Shown piece by piece: positions 50,479 to 64,000 of a stretch of 64,000 nt of DNA. Source of the DNA: the human T2T-CHM13v2.0 reference genome, Homo sapiens. A model generated the notes under the pieces. The model was not told the DNA's origin and made no database searches. It saw nothing but the letters and a program-made list of their open reading frames with translations. The position numbers and the translations under genes were made by a program. How positions within the stretch are numbered: position 1 is the first letter of the stretch; every line of letters starts with the position of its first letter. The DNA lies in NCBI RefSeq assembly GCF_009914755.1, contig NC_060930.1; one strand, given 5' to 3'.

Positions 50479-53400
50479 TCAAAAAACCAGCTCCTAGAAT
50501 CTTTAATTTTTTGAAGGATTTTTCATGTCTCTATCTCCTTCAGTTCTGCTCTAACCTTAGTTATTTCTTGTCTTCTGCTAGCTTTTGAATTTGTTTGCTG
50601 TTACTTCTCTAGTTCTTTTAATTGTGATGTTAGGGTGTCGATTTTAGATCTTTCCTGCTTTCTCTTGTGGGCATTTAGTGCTATAAATTACTCTCTACAC
50701 ACTGCTTTAAATGTGTCCCAGAGATTCTGGTACATTGTGTCTTTGTTCTCATTGGTTTCCAAAAACATTTATTTCTGCCTTCATTTCGTTATTTACCCAG
50801 TAGTCATTCAGGAGCAGGTTGTTCAATTTCCATGTAGTTGTGCGGTTTTTAGTGAGTTTCTTAATTCTGATTTCTAATTTGGTTGTACTGTGGTCTGCGA
50901 GACAGTTTGTTGTGATGTCTGCTCTTTTACGTTTGCTGAGGAGTGCTTTACTTCCAATTAAGTGGTCAATTTTAGAATAAGTGCGATATGGTGCTGAGAA
51001 GAATGTATATTCTGTTGATTTGGGGTGGAGAGTTCTGTAGATGTCTGTTAGGTCCGCTTGGTCCAGAGCTGAGTTCAAGTCCTGGATATCCTTGTTAATT
51101 TTCTGTCTCACTGATCTGTCTAATATTGACAGTGGGGTATCAAAGTCTCCCAATATTATTCTGTGGGAGTCTAAGTCTCTTTGTAGGTCTCTAAGTACTT
51201 GCTTTATGAATCTGAGTGCTCCTGTATGGGGTGCATATATATTTAGGATAGTTAGCTCTTCTTGTTGCATTGATCCCTTTACCATTATGTAATGCCCTTC
51301 TTTTTCTCTTTTGGTCTTTGTTGGTTTAAAGTCTGTTTTATCAGAGACTAGGATTGCAACCCCTGCTTTTTTTTTTTTTTTTTTTTCCATTTGCTTTGTA
51401 GATCTTCCTCCATCCCTTTATTTTGACCCTATGTGTGTTTTTTCACGTGAAGTGGGTCTCCTGAATACAGCACACTGATGCAGTCTGTGTCTTTTAATTG
51501 GGGCATTTAGACCAATTACATTTAAGGTTAAGATTGTTATGTGTGAATTTGATCCTGTCATTATGATGTTAGCTGGTTATTTTGCCCATTAGTTGATGCA
51601 GTTTCTTCATAATGTTGATGGTCTTTAAAATTCGGCATGTTTTTGCAGTGACTGGTACCAGTTGTTCATTTCCATGTTTAGTGCTTCCTTCAGGAGCTCT
51701 TGTAAGGCAGGCCTAATGGTGACAAAATCTCTCAGCATTTGCTTATCTGTAAAGGATTTTATTTCTCCTTCACTTATGAAGCTTAGTTTGGCTGGATATG
51801 AAATTCTAGGTTGAAAATTCTTTTCTTTAAGAATGTTGAGTATTGGCTCTCACTCTCTTCTGGCTTGTAGGGTTTCTGTAGAGAGATCTGCTGTTAGTCT
51901 GATGGGCTTCCCTTTGTGAGTAACCCGACCTTTCTCCCTGGCTGCCCTTAACATTTTTTCCTTCATTTCAACTTTGTTGAATCTGATGATTATGTGTCTT
52001 GGGGTTGCTCTTCTCGAGGAGTATCTTTATGGTGTTCTCTGTATTTCCTGAATTTGAATATTGGCCTGCCTTGCTAGGTTGGGTAAGTTCTCCTGGATAA
52101 TATCCTGAAGAGTGTTTTCCAACTTGGTCCATTCTCCCCATCACTTTCAGGTACACCAATCAAATGTAGATTTGGTCTTTTCACCTAGTCCCATATTTCT
52201 TGGAGGCTTTGTTCATTTCTTCTCACTCTGTTTTTCTCTGATCTTGTCTTCTTGCTTTATTTCATTAAGTCAATCTTCAGTCACTGATATCCTTTCTTCC
52301 ACATGATTGATTTGGCTATTGAAGCTTTTGTATGCTTCACGAAATTCTCGTGTTGTGTTTTTCAGCTCCATCAGGTCATTTATAGTCTTCTCTACACTGC
52401 TTATTCTAGTTAGCAATTCATCTAACCTTTTTTCAAGGTTCTTAGCTTCCTTGTGGTGGGTTAGAATATGCCCCTTTAGCTCAGAGGAGTCTGTTATTAC
52501 CGACCTTCTGTAGCCTACTTCTGTCAATTCTTCCACCTCATTCTCCCTCCAGTTTTGTTCCCTTGCTGCCGAGGAGTTGTGATCCTTTGGAGGAGGAGAG
52601 GCATTCTGCTTTTTGGAATTTTCAGCCTTTCTGCGCTGGTTTCTCCCCATGTTTGTGGTTTTATCTACTTTTGGTCTTTGATTTGGTGACCTACAGATGG
52701 GGTTTTGGTGTGGATGTCTTTTTTGTTGATGTTGATGCTATTCCTTTCGTTTGTTAGTTTTTCTTCTAACAGTCAGACCTCTCAGCTGCAGGTCTGTTGG
52801 AGTTTGCTCCACTCCAGACCCTGTTTTCCTGGGTATCACCAGTGGAGGCTGCAGAACAACAAAGTTTGCTGCCTGATCCTTCATCTGGAAGCTTCATCCG
52901 AGAGGGGCACCCACCAGTTGCCAGCCAGAGCTCTCCTGTATGAGGTGTCCGTTGGCCCCTATTGGGAGGTGTCTCCCAGTCAGGCTACACGAGGGTCAGT
53001 GACCCACTTGAGGAGGCAGTCTGTCCATTATCAGAGCTCGAATGCTGTGCTGGGAGAACCACTTCTCTCTCCAGAGCTGTCAGCCAGGGACGTTTAAGTC
53101 CCTGAAGCTGTGCCCACAGCTGCCCCTTCCCCTAGGTGCTCTGTCCCAGGGAGATGGGGGCTTTATCTGTAAGTCCCTGACTGTGGCTGCTGCCTTCTGT
53201 TCAGAGATGCCCTGCCCAGAGATGTGGAATCTAGAGAGGCCGTTGGCCTTGCTGAGCACAGTGGGCTCTGCCTGGTTTGAATTTCTCAGAAGCTTTGTTT
53301 ACACTGTGAGCAAAAAACCGTCTACAAGCCTCAGCAATGGTGGATGCCCCTCCCCGCTCCAAGCTCCAACATCCCAGGTTGATCTCAGATTGCTGCACTA

Positions 53401-53785
53401 GCAGCGAGAATTTCAAGCCAATTGATCGTAGCTTGTTGGGCTCCGTGGGCGTGGGACACACCAAGCCAGGCACCAGAGGGAATCTCCTGGTCTGCCGGTT
53501 GCAAAGACCATGGGAAAAGCACAGTATCTGGGCAGTAGTGTACTGTTCCTCCCAGTACATTCTCTCACGGCTTCCCTTGGTTAGGAAAGGGAAATCCCCC
53601 AACTCCTTGCGCTTCCTGGGTGAGGTGACACCTCGCCCTGCTTTGGCTCACCCTCCACGGGCTGCACCCACTGTCCAACCAGTCCCATTGAGATGAACCA
53701 GGTACCTCAGGTGGAAATGCAGAAAACACCCATCTTCTTTGTTGATCTTGCTGGAAGCTGCAGGCTGGAGCTGTTCCTATTCAGA
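50479..53785 (-). mobile_element. 3'-truncated L1PA (L1PA7/8-like): 5'UTR, disrupted ORF1 (52650-51625), start of ORF2 (ATG 51561) with endonuclease domain
   Basis: ORF1 MGRNQRRKAENSKKQNAS...; endonuclease peptide [18 protein letters not shown]...HYIMVKGS...YSKIDH. Confidence 0.92.
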
Positions 53786-53789
53786 TATC

Positions 53790-56474
<2,685 letters not shown>

Positions 56475-57841
56475 CAAAATCGTTCAGAATGCCTTATATC
56501 TCTAGGTGGGAAAGAAAAAATTTTCTGTCTCCTGTGTCCAGCCCTTTTTACCTTTCAGTGTTTACTGGATAAACTCTGGTGGTTCCGAGTGGAGTGGCCC
56601 TGCCTGTAGGCAGTGGTCTTCTTTTCCAGAGTGTCCCAAGCAACCTTGCCAGGGTGGGGTCAGCATCTAGCCGGGCTACTGTGGCCTTGCCCCAATTTTC
56701 TAGGCTACAGGCCCTTGTTGAGTTCACAGGCAGCAGTGCTCAATAAAGTCTGGGCACACTGCTGGATGCTCTGCACTCCTAAATCAACTGCATGACCCGC
56801 TCTGGGGTTTTAAAAGGGGCCAGAAGGAAATGCTGCTTGCTCTTTTTCCTTAGACGTCATACCATGGGTCTCCAACGATGGGATCTCATATCACAGTCAC
56901 GGATGAATATAGACAGCAACAACATGAGACTAGGTCCAGAACAGCACCTTGGTGGGGGCCGTGGCCCAAGGTGGATGCCACACACTAACTCCGTGTGGGG
57001 CTGGAAGCATGTGAACAGCTCCAAAACACATCCTCCCTCCACTGAACATGGTGGCCTGAAATGTCCAGAGCAAGGCGTGTCAGGCACGTGCTTGCAGGGT
57101 GCATGTGAAAGCATCAAGTTCACAGACTGCCAATGAGGGCCACACACCCCAGCCCTGATAGCTCCCTCTGCGCCCAGAGCCATGCTGGGGTGCAGCGTGT
57201 GGACTCCATGCCCTGATTTACTTTCGGTGTGGTTGGGTGGGTGACAAACGGGATTGTTTCAATCCTTTAGCCACTTTCCCTTGATTTCTCACAAGCCCCA
57301 AATATGGGTGGTGCCGATCCAGAGACACCTCCAGCCTTCTCAGACTTGGGGCTGGGCTGTCCCATGCTGGCTCTGATTGGCAGCATAGGCCATTTACCGG
57401 CCAAAGGCCCCTTTGAAGGAAACAGTACAGTGAGCGCCCTCGGCCTGCTACACACAGAGGCTCTGGAGGAGAGAGGGAGGAAGTCCTTAAGCCAGGGTCT
57501 TTGCTCCCAGGTTCTGGGGTTCCTGATCTGCCAGAAGGAGAAAAGGCAGAGGTGGGTATGGGGCTGAGGCAAAGCTTCACAGGGAGGTGCAATAAACATG
57601 CTCCCCTTGGGCAGAGCCCCACAAAGGTCAAACAAGGGAGGGACAAAAAAACTGTATATATTTACCTTTGAACAGTTTTCTTCCTCCCTGCTCCTCTGGT
57701 CACCTCCAACTTTCTTGCTAGATCAATTCCTGGTTTCTGGGATATAATTTGCGCAGAACCCAGGTGCTAGGAAAATTTTTTTAAAAAGAAAATTATAGCA
57801 TCCAGAAAGGTTAAATGGATGATAGAATAGAGATAGGCAGA

Positions 57842-58155
57842 GGCTAGGTGTGTTGGCTCGTACCTGCAATCCCAGCACTCTGGGAGGCCGAGGTGGGAGG
57901 ATTGCTTGAGCTCAGGAGTTTGAGACCAGCCTGGGCAACACAGCAAGACCCCTGTCTCTACAAAAATAAAAAGATTAGCCATGTGGGTGGTGCATGCCTG
58001 TAGTCCCAGCTACTCAGGAGGCTGAGGTGGGAGGATCACTTGAGCCCAGGAGTTCGAGGATACAGTGAGCCATGATTGTGCCACTGCACTCCAGCCTGAG
58101 TGATAGAGTGAGACCCTGTCTCTATAAAGAGAGAGAGAGAGAGAGAGTGAGAGAG
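57842..58155 (+). mobile_element. AluJ with (GA)n tail
   Basis: AluJ-type consensus. Confidence 0.85.
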
Positions 58156-59039
58156 AAGCAGAGAATGGAGAATGAAGGAGAGAGAGGAGAGAGAGGGGTC
58201 TTGCGGGCTGGGTCTTAGACAGTTGAGGGTGTCAGAGGCAGGGTCTTCAGGAGGCTGAAAGGTGGTGGTAAGGGAGTGTGGGGGGCGGGGGAGATCAAGA
58301 GACATAATTTTTAATAGATGTTTTGCTGTGTCTTAAGAACAAATGTTTCTTCTTAGCATTACCTCAAAGGACTACATAAAGGTTTGGACTGCTTTCAGTC
58401 TTACTTTATGTCAGGCTAGTATTTTTTGGAAGGTGACACTAGGCAAGGATGGGCCATATTGGGGTTCCATGTTTATATGGGTAACATTGCACTAAGACTT
58501 GTGTTTTCATAAACAACAGTCAGTGAGGATTTTGCTGCCACCCAATTTTTATAGAAGAGCAGAAGCACTCCTGCCTTCATGTTGTGGAAGATAGAGAAGG
58601 TGGGTGTGGGATCTAAGGACAGCAATCCTGACTTCACCTTCTTCCCCAAGGGCGGGGTCAGAAGCCCAGATCTTCCTGTTCTGATCTCAGTCTTGGAGGT
58701 AAATCAGGTACCTCGGGCTTTTCTTCTGAAGAAACATCCACACAATGCCAAACAAACTGGGGGACATCGAGCGATTTGGCCTACAAGAGTTGCAGAATAA
58801 CCGAAGAGGGGGTTGGCTCTCGGTCTCTGCTTTATTCCACGGCTTTGTTTCCACTCACTTGTAACTGAGGATTGGCGGTTTCAGACCCCGCACAAAAGTC
58901 TTTGTGAGTTTTCTCAGCCGCAGACACTTGGGCCTCTTTGTTTTGGATGGCAATGTCACACCGAATGCAAATTCGAGGAGGTTCTTTGCTGAATGCAGGA
59001 CAGGAGGCCTGTGCAGGAGACAATGGGAGTGAAGAGGGA

Positions 59040-59680
59040 AACCTGCCGGCGTACAGACAGTTAAGGCAGCCAGGAAGCCGCGCGCTCCGTGGAAAACCTC
59101 TGTTGAAAGCCCCTTCAGTAGTTTAAAGTCTAAAGAGTAGCTGCTGCTACTTTTGATTTCTTCCTTAAAGAGGATCAATTAGAGCCCTCCGATCGCGTCC
59201 CCAAAGGTCCTGGTCTGTGCCTGCTGAGTCAGGAGAGGCCGACAGCGCTCCCTCCTGCGACCGAGGCACTTCTCCTTAATTGGTTTGAAAAATTGCAGCT
59301 GGATCCCGACAGCCGCTGCTCCCGGGGTGGGTGCGGAGGGAGGGAGCGAGGAGGGAGGGGGACAGCTTAGCCTCCCGCCTCCCAGAGCCTCTCCTGAGGC
59401 TCCCACCCAGCGCCTTTCTTTCCTTCCTCCCTTCGTTTATTTCTGGGACCCCTCCCCACAAACTTTCTTGAAAGCCTGGTCACGTGAGGTCTCCTCTGAG
59501 GTTTTGCTCTCTGCGGGTCTGGACGGCGTTTCTGGAGGCAGCACTTCCCGAGTCGCTAGAGAGTCACTTTCCTGGTCTCTGCCCCGCCGGAGCAGGTGAC
59601 TCTGCTGTTTCTGCCTTTGTTAGCCCATGTCTTGTTTTCTCTCCAGCATTCATTCTGTGCCCTGGTGTCCCGGAGCGCTG
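59040..59680. promoter_or_regulatory. Orphan CpG-rich promoter/enhancer-like block
   Basis: Non-repeat and CpG-enriched; ATTGG at 59279, GTCACGTGA at 59479, G-rich tract 59320-59361. Confidence 0.55.
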
Positions 59681-59855
59681 AGCCTGCCCTGGTGACTCCA
59701 TAGGCTTCCTGGGGAAGGCAGAGCCACTGCCATGTGTCCATGGGTCCCCGGGAGAGGCAGTGGACAGCAACTCCTGGCTTCTGGCCTGGAGAAGAAGGAG
59801 CTGCGTTTGGCTTAGCCTGGGTTTCCTCCTCTATAAATGAAGGGGGCTGTATTAA

Positions 59856-60552
<697 letters not shown>

Positions 60553-61145
60553 TCAGATCCCTTTTTCTTTCTGCTGATAAAAATTCTGTTCAAACAAAAC
60601 TGCCAGGAAACACACCCACAGAGCCCTGGAACTCAGCGCCACTCCTTGGTTCCCAGCTCTGACAGGTCCCCAGCAGCACAAAGCTGCCCAGGGCACAGCT
60701 GGAAAGCCAGCCAGGCTGGGTGCTCCCCAAGGCCCTCTCAGCTCTCACCTTCAGGGGTCTTGTGCCATGGAGTTTTCAGGAGGGGCCCTGGAGACAACAG
60801 GACCGGTGGCACCGCAGCCTTTCCCTTTCAGGGTGCTTAAGTGCCCCGGGCTGGTGGAGGGCTGGGCACAGGAGAGAGGCAAGTGGCAACAGCGTTTATG
60901 CTACGGAGGACTGTAGCCCCACTGTACCCTAAAGCGAGCTGGGGGAAACAGACGGGTGTTCCCAGCCCCATCTCCAACTCCCCTCCCCCATCCCCCAGAG
61001 ACGGGGTTGAAGAGGAAGGCCAGATGAAGCTTTGGCCATTTTTTTCTCAGTGCAATGGAAAGTTATGGAAAGATTTTACATACAGGGTTCAGCATGATAC
61101 AACTTACACATTTAAAAGATTTACATGTTTAAAAAAACTAGACTA

Positions 61146-61530
61146 GGCTGGGTGCAGTGGCTCACGCCTATAATCCCAGCACTTTGGGAGGCCGAGGCAG
61201 GCGGATCACTTGGGTTCAGGAGTTCGAGACCAGCCTGCCCAACATGGGGAAACCTCATCTCTACTAATAATACAAAAATTAGCCGGGTGTGGTGCTGCGC
61301 GCCTATAGTCCCAGCTAGTCGGGAGGCTGAGACGGGAGAATTGCTTGACCCGGGAGGCAGAGGTTGCAGTGAGCCGAGATCACACCACTGCACTCTAGCC
61401 TGGGAGACAGAGTGAGACTCTTTGTCTCAATAAATGAATGAATGAATGAATGAATGAATAGCCTGGGAGACAGAGTGAGACTCTGTCTCAATAAATGAAT
61501 GAATGAATGAATGAATGAATAAATAAATAA
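61146..61530 (+). mobile_element. AluS with duplicated 3' end and (TGAA)n tail
   Basis: Alu consensus; a unit of about 63 bp is repeated. Confidence 0.9.
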
Positions 61531-61624
61531 ATTTGACTAAAAGGTTGGAGAGTGGGTTGAGAGGATAAGTCTGGAGGCAGGAAAAACTGAGGAATGTATT
61601 CACCAATCTTATGAAGAGATGAAG

Positions 61625-62545
61625 GCGTACCCAAGAGAAGTGAAACCATATGTCCACACAAACACTTGAGCAAGAGTTGCTATAGGTTGAAGGTGTGTGT
61701 CTCCCCCAAATTCCTATGTTGAAATCCTCACCCCCAAGGTGATGGTATTTGGAGGCGGGGCCTTCGTGAGGTGACTGGGTCATAAGAATGGAGCCCTCAT
61801 GAATGGGATTACTGCCATATAAAAGAGGACCCAGAGCGTTCATTGGCCCCTTCTGCCATATGAGGACATAGTGAGAAGGTGCCATTATGGGCCAGGAAAC
61901 AAGTCCTCAGCACACACCAAATCTGCTGGTACCTTTTCTTGAACCTGCAGCCTCCAGAATGGTGAGAAATGAATTTCTGTTGTTTGTGAGCCACCCAGCT
62001 GTGGTATTTTCCTATAGCAGCCCAAATGGATTAACACAGGAATGCGCATAGTCACACTACTCATAATCCCCCCGAAGTGGACACAACCCTGATGTCCACG
62101 GGCAGACAAAAGCATACTGTTATGTACCCGTGAATGGATAAACAAAAGCACTATATCCATACAAGAGGATATTGTCCGGCCATAAGAAGGAATAAAGTGA
62201 TGATACTGATGTGTGCTACAACATGGAAACCTTTCAACAAACTTGAAAACATGCTGATTGAAAGAAGCCAGTGACAAAAGACCACATATTGTTGGATTCC
62301 ATTTACATGAAATGTCCAGAACAGAGACACCTATAGAGACAAAAAGGAGATTTGTGGTTGCCAGGGAGAGGGGAAGGGGAGATGAGGAGTGGCTGCTCAT
62401 GGATATGGGGCTTCTTTTGGGGTGATGGCATGTTCTGGAATAAGATAGCAGTGATGGTTGCACAACTTTGTGAATACACTAAAAACTACTGAATTGTATG
62501 CTTTAAAAGGATGAATATTATGGCAGTGAATTATATCTCAATTTT
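61625..62545 (+). mobile_element. L1M 3' end interrupted by an MLT1A-like LTR (about 61678-62037); AluJ follows (about 62565-62845)
   Basis: L1 3'UTR motifs; tgctataggttgaaggtgtgtgtctccccc...aatggattaacaca. Confidence 0.75.
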
Positions 62546-62684
62546 TTTTAATGTATAAAGAAGACCAAGCATCACAGCTCATCTGTAGTCTGTGCTTTGG
62601 GAGGCCAAGGCAGTAGGATTATTTGAGGCCAGGAGTTCAAAAATCAGTCAGACCAACACAGACCCCACCTCTACAACAAATTTA

Positions 62685-62837
<153 letters not shown>

Positions 62838-63806
62838 TTAAAAAACATAAAAAGTAAAAAGAAGAGAGGGAAAGAGAGAAAAAGATGATGGAAGCCGAGA
62901 CAAAGATAGTCATGGGGATGGATGAAGCAGGTTCTAGAACTTACCGAAAAAAAAAGGAATAGAGTGTGCCAACAGCTTAGATATAGAGTGTGAGAGAGAA
63001 GAGTGGAGGCTGGTTCTCAGGCTCCAGAAGCATAAGCCTGCATGGAGCATAGCGTCACTGAGCAAGACAGGTGTGGAGGATGAGAAGCGGGCCACAGGAT
63101 GGGAAGGGAATCTGTGTGGAGGCGGTGCCCTAAACATGCTGCCTTGAGGAGGGACCTCTACATGGGGTGGCCGGGCACAGCCAGGTGAGTGGAACGAAGC
63201 CACAGTCAGGGGAATCCTCAGGCCGCCCTCCCGTCTGCTCCCCTGAGTGCTGGGCTCTGCAACTCCCTCCATCCCAGCTCGTTTCTTGCCTTCTTTACAG
63301 GGATGCTATCTCCTCTAGCAAGCACGCCTTCCCCACCTTCCCCACCCCAGGCTGGGCCCTGGGCTCATCTTTATCTTTGGGATGGCTACGTGGGATTGAA
63401 AGGAGTGCCTCCCAGTCTGTGTGCCCTGCTAGGACAGGGATCTATTTGGTTTTTGTTTGTTTGTTTGTTTTCAACTTCATAACCAGACCAAGTTCTGGTA
63501 CATGGCAGGTATACGAGACATGGTTACTGAACTGGACTAACATTTTATTTAGAGTTGGTCCATTCTCTTAATTACCTATCTGACCCTCATTCTTAGGCTA
63601 TGATGGCCAAAACCCCATGTGGCATTCCAGGTGTGGACCTGCCACAAGGCAGTTGTGTGCGGGAGAGATCGCAGCGTGGGGTTAACTGGGCTGCTTCCCA
63701 GTCTTGGTTCTGCCCTGAGCTCGTTGCTTCTCTTCAGCCGGGTGAACATAAATCTCTCTAGGACTTCGTTATAAAGTAAGGCCTGTGCCCTAGATGTCCC
63801 TGGAGA

Positions 63807-63825
63807 CAGCGCCATCTGGTGGAAC
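63807..63825 (-). promoter_or_regulatory. Consensus CTCF core motif
   Basis: Minus strand reads TTCCACCAGATGGCGCTG, matching CCASYAGRKGGCRS. Confidence 0.7.
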
Positions 63826-63930
63826 TTCCTGTAACGATCGAGATGTTCCGTCTGTGCCGTCCAACATGGGAGCCATGCAGGACACATGGTGACTGAGCAC
63901 TGGGACTGTGTGCCGCGTGACCAAGAGCAG
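63807..63930 (+). mobile_element. MER3-like hAT-Charlie fragment
   Basis: gaacttcctgtaacgatcgagatgttccgtctgtgccgtccaacatgggagcca...cacatggtgactgagcact resembles the MER3 5' end. Confidence 0.6.
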
Positions 63931-64000
63931 CTCAGCTCTAAAGTCTCCTCCAGCTTTATGATGTCACTTCCTGTATCTTCTCTACACATTCTTTCCTTCA

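Noticed and set aside
50749-51390. 213-aa ORF
   Set aside because: L1 ORF2 endonuclease remnant, disrupted upstream and truncated; not a host gene.

Overview
Primate (human-like) genomic DNA, dominated by Alu, L1, MaLR/ERV LTR and MER repeats. It contains one complete protein-coding gene, RPP40 (RNase P/MRP subunit p40), on the minus strand: 8 coding exons from 36988 down to 28077, all GT-AG, totalling 1092 nt (363 aa plus stop). From memory this places the window at human 6p25.1. RPP40 has a CpG-island promoter with GC boxes and an inverted pair of ZNF143-type motifs. Also present are an RPS18 processed pseudogene with target-site duplications (TSDs) inside an old L1, a 3'-truncated L1PA keeping its 5'UTR and ORF1, a second orphan CpG-rich promoter-like block near 59 kb, and a consensus CTCF site at the end of a MER3 element. 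The most interesting signal is a 13 x 16-bp minisatellite in RPP40 intron 2. In the pre-mRNA it reads as 11 tandem UGCAUG (RBFOX) motifs, about 170-375 nt upstream of the frame-preserving 69-nt exon 3, making it a candidate copy-number-tuned splicing silencer. Several local template-switch or duplication scars are also visible. Nearly all other ORFs in the supplied track are repeat-derived or unsupported. Repeat subfamily names are from recognition, not from a RepeatMasker run.
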